DNA of 64,000 nt from an uncultured Neomegalonema sp. (GTDB taxonomy: Bacteria; Pseudomonadota; Alphaproteobacteria; Rhodobacterales; Rhodobacteraceae). This document shows positions 19,252-27,098 of the stretch, piece by piece. The stretch covers positions 3,516-67,515 of the forward strand of contig CALFVD010000055.1 of NCBI GenBank assembly GCA_937928005.1, given 5' to 3'. The translations under genes were made by a program, and so were the position numbers. The notes under the pieces are model-generated. The model was not told the DNA's origin. It made no database searches and saw only the letters and a list, made by a program, of their open reading frames with translations. Positions within the stretch are counted from its first letter, which is position 1, and each line of letters starts with the position of its first letter.

Positions 19252-20526
19252 ATGGATCGTTTGACTGCCTTCTGCCGTGACTGTCTAACCCCCGTGAGCG
19301 CGGGGGAGCGGCGGTGTGCGGTTTGTCAGTCGCCGCGTATTCTGCGCCACCCCGAACTCGGCGAGTTGAGCATTGCGCATATGGATTGCGATGCGTTCTA
19401 TGCGAGTGTCGAGAAGCGGGACGACCCTTCCCTTGCGGACAAGCCGCTGATCATCGGGGGTGGTAAGCGGGGGGTGGTCTCGACCGCGTGCTATATCGCG
19501 CGGATTAGCGGGGTGCATTCGGCCATGCCGATGTTCAAGGCGCTGAAGCTGTGCCCCGACGCCGTGATCGTACCGCCGAAAATGGACAAGTATGTCGCCG
19601 TTAGCCGTCAGATTCGGGCGATGATGGAGGAATTGACGCCGCTGATCGAGCCATTGTCACTGGACGAGGCGTTTTTGGACCTGTCGGGGACCGAGCGGCT
19701 GCACGGTGCGCCCCCTGCCCTGACGATGGCGCGGCTGGCGCGGCGGATCGAGGAGGAGATCGGGGTTACGGTGTCAGTGGGGCTGTCGGACTGCAAGTTC
19801 CTCGCGAAGATCGCCTCTGACCTCGACAAACCGCGCGGGTTCAGCGTGATCGGGCGGGGCGAGGCGCTGGACTTTCTGGGGCCGCGTCCGGTCGGCACGA
19901 TCTGGGGGGTGGGGGCGGCGCTGGCCGCGAAGCTGAAGCGCGACGGGCTGCATCTGATCGAGGATTTGCGCGCGGTGTCGCCCGAAGACCTGCTCGCGCG
20001 GTATGGCAGCATGGGGACGCGGCTGCATCATCTGGCCTTTGCGCGCGATACGCGGACGGTCAACCCGCGCGAAAAGCCCAAGAGCATCTCGTCGGAGACG
20101 ACATTCTCCGAGGATATCGTCGATATTGACCTATTGGACGCGCATTTGTGGCGGCTGTCGGAGAAAACCTCTGCGCGGGCAAAGGCCAAGGGCCATGCGG
20201 GGCGGACGGTGGTGCTGAAACTGAAGACCAAGGATTTCAAGCTGATCACGCGCAGTCACTCGTTGGGCGGGCCGACGCAACTGGCCGATGCGATCTACCG
20301 GGCGGGGCGGGAAATGCTGGACAAGGCGCATGAAGGGCGGGCGCTTCGGCTGATTGGGATTGGGATATCATCGCTGTCAGATGCCGCCGAGACGGGGGGC
20401 GAAGCGACGGACCTGTTCGACCCGGACGCCCCACGCCGGGCCAAGGCGGAGCGGGCGATGGATGCGCTACGCGACCGATTTGGAGCCGATGCCGTGGAGA
20501 AGGGACGGGGCTTACGGCGCGAGTGA
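19252..20526 (+). CDS. dinB: DNA polymerase IV with N-terminal Cys4 extension
   Basis: Y-family core IAHMDCDAFYASVEKRDDP and SLDEAFLD, preceded by CRDC...CAVC (a zinc-ribbon-like 40-aa extension). Confidence 0.9.
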   Translation: MDRLTAFCRDCLTPVSAGERRCAVCQSPRILRHPELGELSIAHMDCDAFYASVEKRDDPSLADKPLIIGGGKRGVVSTACYIARISGVHSAMPMFKALKLCPDAVIVPPKMDKYVAVSRQIRAMMEELTPLIEPLSLDEAFLDLSGTERLHGAPPALTMARLARRIEEEIGVTVSVGLSDCKFLAKIASDLDKPRGFSVIGRGEALDFLGPRPVGTIWGVGAALAAKLKRDGLHLIEDLRAVSPEDLLARYGSMGTRLHHLAFARDTRTVNPREKPKSISSETTFSEDIVDIDLLDAHLWRLSEKTSARAKAKGHAGRTVVLKLKTKDFKLITRSHSLGGPTQLADAIYRAGREMLDKAHEGRALRLIGIGISSLSDAAETGGEATDLFDPDAPRRAKAERAMDALRDRFGADAVEKGRGLRRE

Positions 20527-20601
20527 AGGGCAATGCATGAAACGGGTGGCGCGGGGTGGGCGGTTGCGGCATCGTCGCCACGCATCTACGCGGAGAGAAC
20601 G

Positions 20602-21504
20602 ATGACGCAGCAAGCTTCGATGAACGGCATCGCATGGGCGATGATGCTGGTGCTCGCCGCCGTATGGGGCGGATCATTCTTTTTCGTCGAGGTCGCGCTG
20701 ACCGAGGAAAAGCCGCTGACCATCGTGTTGCACAGGGTATTCTGGGCGTTACCAGTGCTAGGGGTGGTGGTGTGGTGGCGGGGGTTGGCGCTGCCGCGTG
20801 ATCCGCGCGTCTGGGGCGCGTATTTGGTGATGGGGGCGCTGAACAACGTGATCCCTTTCGGGCTGATTGTCTGGGGACAGCAATATCTGGAAGGCGGTCT
20901 GGCCTCGATCATCAATGGCATGACGGCGATGTTTGGGGCGGTGGTTGCGGGCGCGCTGCTGGCCGATGAACGGTTGACCTTTGGCAAAGTGGCGGGGGCG
21001 GCACTTGGGTTGATGGGGGTGGCGGTGATCATCGGGCCGGATGCGGTGTCGGGGTTGGATATCCGCGATCTGGCGCAGGTCGCGATACTGGGGGCAACGC
21101 TGTCCTATGCTTTTGCGAGCGTTTGGGGGAAGGTCAGCTTACGCGGGATTGCGCCGGAGCTGAACGCCTTCGGGATGTTGGCGGGCAGTACGGTGCTTAT
21201 GGTGCCGCTAGTCCTCGCCGTGGATGGGGTGCCGACGTTCGATTATTCGGCGGGGGTGTGGGCGTCGCTGCTGGGCATCGCGTGGCTGGCGACGGCGCTG
21301 GCGTATCTTTTGTATTTTGGAATTTTGGTGCGAGCCGGGGCGGCGAACCTGATGTTGGTCACGCTGTTGGTGCCACCCTTCGCCGTGGGGCTGGGGGCGG
21401 CGTTCCTCGGCGAGCGGTTGTCGCCAATGGCCTATCTCGGATTTGCGCTCATCGCGCTGGGGTTGGCCGTGACGGATGGACGGTTGTTCGCGCGGCGGGC
21501 TTGA
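20602..21504 (+). CDS. DMT-superfamily (EamA-type) transporter
   Basis: Ten hydrophobic helices in two EamA-like halves. Start taken at MTQQASMNGIAWAMM (ATG 20602). Confidence 0.85.
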   Translation: MTQQASMNGIAWAMMLVLAAVWGGSFFFVEVALTEEKPLTIVLHRVFWALPVLGVVVWWRGLALPRDPRVWGAYLVMGALNNVIPFGLIVWGQQYLEGGLASIINGMTAMFGAVVAGALLADERLTFGKVAGAALGLMGVAVIIGPDAVSGLDIRDLAQVAILGATLSYAFASVWGKVSLRGIAPELNAFGMLAGSTVLMVPLVLAVDGVPTFDYSAGVWASLLGIAWLATALAYLLYFGILVRAGAANLMLVTLLVPPFAVGLGAAFLGERLSPMAYLGFALIALGLAVTDGRLFARRA

Positions 21505-21561
21505 TAAAACGACTACCCGAAGGTGTTTTGCGCGTCCGTGATGCTGGTTAACATTGTGTTT

Positions 21562-22047
21562 TCAAGTCCTGCCTAGTTCGGTCTTCATGTTTCTCACGAA
21601 TTCCTTGGCATGATCTAAGGAATGACAACCTACCCAGTTGGCTTGAAACGATATCGACTGCTCCGAGTCCTCAAGCACGATATCAATCATGCTACCGGTC
21701 TGAACAGTGATCGAACAATCACGCGCTAAGTGTATTCGCTGGCTGATCAATGCATATGTGATTCTTGATCCATCGAGATAGATTCCGCTGACATTAATTT
21801 TCTTCCACATCGAATACATCATGAATGGGTAGATTATTGCGAAGATGTAGGACATCACCATCGCGATGATCATCTGTCCGAACGACGAATTATACCAACC
21901 ATATAGGTAGACGTATACGGAAAGCGCAATCATGAAAAGACTGGCGATGAATACCGTAAACATGATCGTCAAAGGCTGACACAAGCAATCGGACTTGAGC
22001 AGTTCACGCGGGATAAAAGGGTATCTATGTTCTGCCTGGTCCGCCAT
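21562..22047 (-). CDS. Orphan membrane protein on a low-GC patch
   Basis: 161 aa, two N-terminal TM helices (LTIMFTVFIASLFMIALSVYVYLY and MIIAMVMSYIFAIIYPFMMY) plus a soluble C-terminal domain. Codon usage is clearly AT-richer than the neighbours. Confidence 0.55.
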   Translation of the reverse strand: MADQAEHRYPFIPRELLKSDCLCQPLTIMFTVFIASLFMIALSVYVYLYGWYNSSFGQMIIAMVMSYIFAIIYPFMMYSMWKKINVSGIYLDGSRITYALISQRIHLARDCSITVQTGSMIDIVLEDSEQSISFQANWVGCHSLDHAKEFVRNMKTELGRT

Positions 22048-22133
22048 GCAAACTCCGTCGCATCTTTCCGAGCCTTTCTATCGGAGGCATCACATATGAG
22101 ACTGGCGTTAACATTCGGTATGTTCACTACACT

Positions 22134-22676
22134 CTACGCAGGCTTGAGCAGAGGCATGTAGACCCATGCTTCGTGGCCGTTGGGCGGGAATTTCAGGAGG
22201 CACCATTGGGCGTCTGCGGAGCAGCCTTGGACGTAGCCGCCCTGCCCCGGATGCAGTTTGCCGACGAGGGCGCGGTGGGTGCCTGCGCCTTGGCGTAGGT
22301 TTACGCGGCCTGTGCCGGTGTGGATGTAGGGCACGTCGGGGCGGTAGAGTTGTCGCCAGTCAACGGGCTGTCGCAGGGAGGCGGCGGCGGCCAAGGGGCG
22401 GGTGAGGGGCATGTAGACCCAGCCGCGCCCGCCATCCTCAAACCCCATTTCGCACCAGCGACCCGTGGCGTTGCAGCCGAGGACCGCGCCGCCCTGTGCG
22501 GGCCGTAGCCGCCCGATCTTGGGGTACTCGGTGCCCGGCCCGGTGCGGACATTCAGGCCGCTATCGGTGGCGTTGATGTGGACGGATGGCGCGTTTTGGG
22601 CGCTGGCCTGAACCGGCAAAACGAAGGTGGCCAGCGCCATAACGCTATAGCGAATGTACTTTCCTATCGACGACAT
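22134..22676 (-). CDS. Secreted protein with two SH3b-like repeats
   Basis: Signal peptide MSSIGKYIRYSVMALATFVLPVQASA. Two repeats: NVRTGPGTEYPKIGRL...GWVYMPL and NLRQGAGTHRALVGKL...AWVYMPL. Confidence 0.7.
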   Translation of the reverse strand: MSSIGKYIRYSVMALATFVLPVQASAQNAPSVHINATDSGLNVRTGPGTEYPKIGRLRPAQGGAVLGCNATGRWCEMGFEDGGRGWVYMPLTRPLAAAASLRQPVDWRQLYRPDVPYIHTGTGRVNLRQGAGTHRALVGKLHPGQGGYVQGCSADAQWCLLKFPPNGHEAWVYMPLLKPA

Positions 22677-22757
22677 CAGGTTTTCCTCGCTTACGGGCTG
22701 CAAACTCTTGCTCACGCACAACCCTGTATAGCCATAGCGGCGGAACCATGTCACGCC

Positions 22758-23030
22758 TCACGCGGTCGGTAGCATTCCCAGCGCGGAGAGGTAGAGGTCG
22801 AGCATGGCTTCTTCCTCGGAGCGTTCGTTGGGGTCTTTCTTTCGGATCGCCACGATCTTGCGCAGGGTCTTGGTATCGAAGCCGTTGCCCTTGGCCTCGG
22901 CGTAGACTTCCTTGATCTGCTCCGCGACTTCCTTTTTCTCCTCCTCCAGACGCTCGATCCGCTCGATGATCTGCTTGAGGTGATCCGCCGCGACGGAAGT
23001 GTTCGAGAAGTCGGTATCGTCGTCTGCCAT
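22758..23030 (-). CDS. gapR: DUF2312-family nucleoid-associated protein (GapR-like)
   Basis: [49 protein letters not shown] is the hallmark DUF2312/GapR core. 90 aa. Confidence 0.85.
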   Translation of the reverse strand: MADDDTDFSNTSVAADHLKQIIERIERLEEEKKEVAEQIKEVYAEAKGNGFDTKTLRKIVAIRKKDPNERSEEEAMLDLYLSALGMLPTA

Positions 23031-23170
23031 GATCTCTAACCGTATCTAGTATTGCGGGGTCCATCGGATAATCGGCCCCGCCCGATGCCGCAAGCGGTTT
23101 CAGGCTCATTCTCTTTTCAAGAGGGGGTTCCATGCACGCAGTGCATAGCGGCTTTGCCAATCCAGCAATT

Positions 23171-23183
23171 GTTGCAGTGCAAC
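23171..23183. promoter_or_regulatory. Perfect palindrome GTTGC-AGT-GCAAC (candidate operator)
   Basis: Lies in the divergent gapR/DUF1127 intergenic region, 61 nt upstream of the DUF1127 ATG. It has the same arms as the two sites upstream of the phasin gene. Confidence 0.35.
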
Positions 23184-23243
23184 AGAACCGCTATCTCTCT
23201 CTCAAGCCAACCGGCACAAACATTTAGACAAGAGGCACGAGCC

Positions 23244-23474
23244 ATGACCACCATCGATTACGCAGCGCGCGTCTCGCACGCCCGTCCTTCCATGACCAGC
23301 GCATTCGTCGCTCTGTTTCAGGCACCCGGCCTGTTCCTGAAGCGCCGTTTCGTGGCCGCCCAGACGCGCAGCGAACTCTACGCCCTCACAGATCGTCAGC
23401 TTGACGATATCGGCGTCGAGCGCGCCCAGATCCAGTCGATCAGCACCGATATGGCTGCCCGCGTCTACGCCTGA
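23244..23474 (+). CDS. DUF1127-domain small protein
   Basis: C-terminal ELYALTDRQLDDIGVERAQI matches the DUF1127 signature. 76 aa from the ATG at 23244. Confidence 0.85.
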   Translation: MTTIDYAARVSHARPSMTSAFVALFQAPGLFLKRRFVAAQTRSELYALTDRQLDDIGVERAQIQSISTDMAARVYA

Positions 23475-23503
23475 TACTACCCTTACTTTTTTCTCCCTGA
23501 ACT

Positions 23504-23531
23504 GCCCGGCCATCGCGCCGGGCATTTTTTT
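23504..23531 (+). terminator. Rho-independent terminator
   Basis: GCCCGGC-CATCGC-GCCGGGC followed by ATTTTTTT. Confidence 0.75.
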
Positions 23532-23609
23532 GTGTGTATTCAACGAATTTGTGATTAGTTTAAGTTGATCCGAACGGCCCTTCCCGAATTTCCGAGAGAG
23601 CCTATACAC

Positions 23610-24506
23610 ATGAAAAACGAGACTTATCGGGCCGAATGGCCCACATTTGTGCTGCTTGTGGCGTGTTATCTGGGCTGGGGCGCGGCGTGCCTATGGCATG
23701 GGGCGCTGGGGTGGTGGTTCGTGCCCATTACCGGATATCTGGTAACGCTGCATTCGTCGCTACAGCATGAAGCATTGCATGGGCATCCGACGCGCGACGG
23801 GCGGGTGAATGAAGCACTGGTATTTCCGGCCATTGGGGTGTTTGTGCCCTATCGCGTGTTTCGGCGTACGCATTTGAAACATCATCGCGATTCGAGGTTG
23901 ACCGACCCTTACGATGACCCGGAAAGCGCGTATCTGGCGCGGCGGGATTGGGAAGCGATGTCGCCGGTTATGCGGCTGGCTCTGCGGGTAAATCAGACAT
24001 TGTTGGGGCGGCTGCTGATTGGACCTGCTTTGTCAATCCGGGCGGGGTTGGCGCGGGATATTCCATATCTACGGCGAGGGGATGCGTTCATGCGCGGGGC
24101 TTATTTGGCCCATGGCGCAGGGTTGATCATTGCATTGGGCTTTGCATTCGGAATCGCTGGGGTGCCGGTTGGGACGTATCTTGCCGCCGCCTATGCAGGG
24201 TATGCATTGTTGATGCTACGCACCTTTGCCGAGCATCAGGCGAGCGAGGCGGTGGGGGAGCGGACGGCCATTGTAGAAGCGGAGAAAGTGTTCGCACTGG
24301 CGTTTCTGAACAATAACCTACACGCGGTCCACCACGCTAACCCGCGCGCACCTTGGTATGCGTTGCCCGCATTGTATCGCCGGGATCAGGCGGCAATACT
24401 GGCCGGGAATGGCGGCTACCGGATCGAGGGATACCGCACACTCTTCGCCCGTTATGCCCTGAGCGCGAAAGAGCGCATCGTGCATCCGTTTTTGCGGCGG
24501 GGATGA
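23610..24506 (+). CDS. Membrane fatty-acid desaturase-family protein
   Basis: Three His boxes: HEALHGH, HLKHHRD and HAVHH. TM helices at the N-terminus and mid-protein. Confidence 0.85.
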   Translation: MKNETYRAEWPTFVLLVACYLGWGAACLWHGALGWWFVPITGYLVTLHSSLQHEALHGHPTRDGRVNEALVFPAIGVFVPYRVFRRTHLKHHRDSRLTDPYDDPESAYLARRDWEAMSPVMRLALRVNQTLLGRLLIGPALSIRAGLARDIPYLRRGDAFMRGAYLAHGAGLIIALGFAFGIAGVPVGTYLAAAYAGYALLMLRTFAEHQASEAVGERTAIVEAEKVFALAFLNNNLHAVHHANPRAPWYALPALYRRDQAAILAGNGGYRIEGYRTLFARYALSAKERIVHPFLRRG

Positions 24507-25261
24507 CCGCCAGCCTGCCCATGTATGACTGGCCAGAGATGCGGGGCGCGCAGGATGCGTTCTGGGCGCATCTATGCGGCGAATTGCGGGGGCGGGGGGT
24601 GACTGCGCCGGATGCATTATCGGCGGAGACGAGCTGGCGCGACCCCGCGCTGGTATTCAGCCAAACCTGCGGATGGCCTTGGGCAACGGCCTATTCGGAT
24701 GCGCTTGATCTGGTGGCCACGCCTGTGAGCGCGATTATGGGCTGTGACGGGGGCACCTATTCAAGCATGGTGATCGTGCGGGCGGATTCGGCGGTGGAGA
24801 CTCTGGCCGACCTACGCGGGGGCCGCGTGGCCTATAACGGTCTCAACTCGCAATCGGGGGTGCATACGCTACGTGAGGCGGTTGCGCCGCTGGCGGACGG
24901 AGAACCGTTCTTTGGGCGAGGGATTAAGACGGGGGCGCATCGCGCGTCGATTCGGGCGGTGGCCGAGGGGCGCGCAGATTGTGCGGCGATTGATGCGGTT
25001 TGCTGGGCGATGGCACAGGATTTTGAGAAAGAGGCGGTGGCCGAGTTGCGGGTCGCGGCCATGACAGCGCCCGCCCCGGCGCTGCCCTTCGTGACCCGGC
25101 GGGGTGGGCCGGTTGGGGATTTGCGGGAAGCTTTGGAAGCGACCCTTGCCGCAGGATTGGGCGTGTCGCTACATATCAGTGGGTTGGTAGAGCCGGATGA
25201 AGCGGCGTATCGGGGGCTGGTGACGCGGGTTGCGGATGTGCCGCCGCTATTTACGATGTGA
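24503..25261 (+). CDS. PhnD/SsuA-like periplasmic-binding-fold protein lacking a signal peptide
   Basis: ATG at 24503 overlaps the desaturase stop (ATGA). MTASLPMYDWPEMR...VAYNGLNSQSGVHTLR resembles PhnD-like type-2 binding proteins. The N-terminus has no hydrophobic leader. Confidence 0.65.
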   Translation: MTASLPMYDWPEMRGAQDAFWAHLCGELRGRGVTAPDALSAETSWRDPALVFSQTCGWPWATAYSDALDLVATPVSAIMGCDGGTYSSMVIVRADSAVETLADLRGGRVAYNGLNSQSGVHTLREAVAPLADGEPFFGRGIKTGAHRASIRAVAEGRADCAAIDAVCWAMAQDFEKEAVAELRVAAMTAPAPALPFVTRRGGPVGDLREALEATLAAGLGVSLHISGLVEPDEAAYRGLVTRVADVPPLFTM

Positions 25262-25285
25262 TAACGACCATGTTGCGCGCCGATC

Positions 25286-25380
25286 CTATAGCCATTTGCG
25301 ATAAACCTGAGCCATATTTCACGCCAAGAGCCGCGCGAAATATGGCGCTTGATGATTCAGGATAATCGCAATTCGCTATA
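25286..25380 (+). repeat. 95-bp imperfect palindromic element, copy 1
   Basis: CTATAGCCATTTGCGATAAACCTGAGCCATATTTCACGCCAAGAGCCGCGCGAAATATGGCGCTTGATGATTCAGGATAATCGCAATTCGCTATA. Nested inverted repeats around a CAAGAGCC loop. Near-identical copies at 26484, 29381 and 57538. Confidence 0.9.
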
Positions 25381-25668
25381 AGGAAGCCTCGGTTCAAAGC
25401 TTATCGTATGCACATATCTCATCAACATAGGCCACGAATGCTGTGTCATTCCCGGCGAAGGCTAGGAATTGCTCCACGCGCCTTGCCCGCCCGGATATAA
25501 GCAAAGCAGACGCCAGAGAATGCCAACACCAAGTGCAAACACACCCATGCCGCGAAAATCCAATCTGGCGGGACTACTGCCCCACCGTCCGTCCCCTACC
25601 GCCGCAGTTTAACTAAGATCACAAGCAGAATGGCAAAATTTACAACCCCTAGCGCGAGGGTAATTATC

Positions 25669-25863
25669 TCAATCGTCATAGCGTGATTTCTCCCATGGTT
25701 TCATGTTGTGGTAGAGGGCAGAGCAGGCCAGCCCAATGTATTCCGGCGCACCATCGCGCTTATATTTGGTAATGGTATCCTTTGCGCAGCCAAGCCTACG
25801 CGCCGCCTCTAGGCCCGATATCCCCATATTGATCAGCCATGCGTTGAAGTTATCAGAGGTCAT
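25669..25863 (-). CDS. Small Cro/phage-type helix-turn-helix protein
   Basis: 64 aa. FNAWLINMGISGLEAARRLGCAKDTITKYKRDGAPEYIGLACSALY has the layout of short phage-derived HTH regulators. It lies on the low-GC islet. Confidence 0.6.
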   Translation of the reverse strand: MTSDNFNAWLINMGISGLEAARRLGCAKDTITKYKRDGAPEYIGLACSALYHNMKPWEKSRYDD

Positions 25864-26193
25864 TGAAAAGCCTTTCCGTCCGGGTTAGATTGCAGAGGTG
25901 GCGGGAGCCGAAGCCCCCGCCTGTTCTTCACTTTCTCCGAAGGACGACGATTAGCAGTGCGGTTGCTATCGCCGTTTGGAGAACCTGAAGAACGAGAGAG
26001 ACGACTTGTGGGTCCATCACTCTCTCTTCTGGGTTGGAACCGTCTTACCCCGGTTCGTTTGGGCATCAACGGCGTCGTGCTGTTGATGTCCTATTTTTAT
26101 GACACTCATGTGATAATGCCAATAAGAGAAATCATAAACATATGACATTATTGCAAATATATATCATGAATATATGATTATAAAAATTTAGCA

Positions 26194-26502
26194 ATGACAG
26201 GTGAAACCACCCGCACGATCAATGCGGCATGTGCGGACGCAGGAATCGAAGTGGCCGATACCCGGGACGTTCTGCAATTCGCGCTTGATGCCGTTGACGG
26301 TTCAGGCTCTATGTTCGATTTCCAGCCCAGACAGAGCGACCATATCGGCGATGATGACGAGATAACGGCAACCGTGAACCGCGCCATTCTGTGCTGCGAA
26401 TGCGCTCGGCTTTATAATGTCGAATGGATGAACGGTGGCTCTCTACAAAACGCGGAACTTTACGGCATTGGTGCGCTTGCTATCTATAGCGATTTGCGAT
26501 AA
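26194..26502 (+). CDS. Acidic orphan protein, unknown function
   Basis: 102-aa ORF divergent from the HTH gene. Strongly acidic (many D/E). Its last 6 codons and stop codon lie inside repeat copy 2. Confidence 0.4.
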   Translation: MTGETTRTINAACADAGIEVADTRDVLQFALDAVDGSGSMFDFQPRQSDHIGDDDEITATVNRAILCCECARLYNVEWMNGGSLQNAELYGIGALAIYSDLR

Positions 26503-26578
26503 ACCTGAGCCATATTTTACGCCAAGAGCCGCGCAAAATATGGCGCTTGATGATTCAGGATAATCGCAATTCACTTTA
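26484..26578 (+). repeat. 95-bp imperfect palindromic element, copy 2
   Basis: Same element as 25286. It carries a paired C-to-T and G-to-A change on opposite arms of the central stem (ATTTC/GAAAT becomes ATTTT/AAAAT), which preserves pairing. Confidence 0.9.
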
Positions 26579-26654
26579 ATGACGGAGAATGCTGGGAAAT
26601 GGATGCCCCGTCTGCGCGGGGTATGACATTGGTGTAATTGGATAAAAGTTTGAT

Positions 26655-26993
26655 TCAGTGTAACCGGCCACCATTCGGGACGTCTGAATCAGGGGCGATG
26701 AGGACAATGGCGCCCTCCGCATCGCTGACGCCCAAGGTCAGGACTTCGGACATGAAAGGTCCGATCTGGCGCGGGGGGAAATTGACCACGGCCATGACAC
26801 GGCGACCGATCAGTGTTTCGGGCGTGTAATGGTCGGTAATCTGGGCGGAGCTACGCTTGATGCCGATCTCCTCGCCAAAATCGATGCGCAGCTTATAGGC
26901 GGGTTTGCGCGCTTCGGGGAAGTTAACCGCCTCGACAATCGTACCCACGCGGATATCGACGTTCATAAAGTCGTCGAGTGTAATCTCGGCCAT
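26655..26993 (-). CDS. csaA: tRNA-binding-domain protein (CsaA-like chaperone)
   Basis: DIRVGTIVEAVNFPEARKPAYKLRIDFGEEIGIKRSSAQIT is the OB-fold tRNA-binding domain signature. 112 aa. Confidence 0.85.
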   Translation of the reverse strand: MAEITLDDFMNVDIRVGTIVEAVNFPEARKPAYKLRIDFGEEIGIKRSSAQITDHYTPETLIGRRVMAVVNFPPRQIGPFMSEVLTLGVSDAEGAIVLIAPDSDVPNGGRLH

Positions 26994-27017
26994 GGTGATC
27001 CCCTTGAGAAATATCGC

Positions 27018-27055
27018 ATAAAAATAAAGCCGCCTGCCCGGTGGGGCAAGCGGCT
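27018..27055 (-). terminator. Rho-independent terminator of the phasin gene
   Basis: On the minus strand: AGCCGCTTGCCC-CACC-GGGCAGGCGGCT followed by TTATTTTTAT. Confidence 0.7.
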
Positions 27056-27098
27056 CTCGTGTAGACCTGTTAGGGCGAACCCCGCAAGGATCGTCGCT

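Noticed and set aside
25860-26069. 69-aa very basic ORF ending in an ATGA overlap with the HTH gene start
   Set aside because: The composition (R/S/P/N-rich, no hydrophobic core) looks non-coding. The region folds into hairpins and is better explained as structured leader or ncRNA. It is kept only as a remote possibility.
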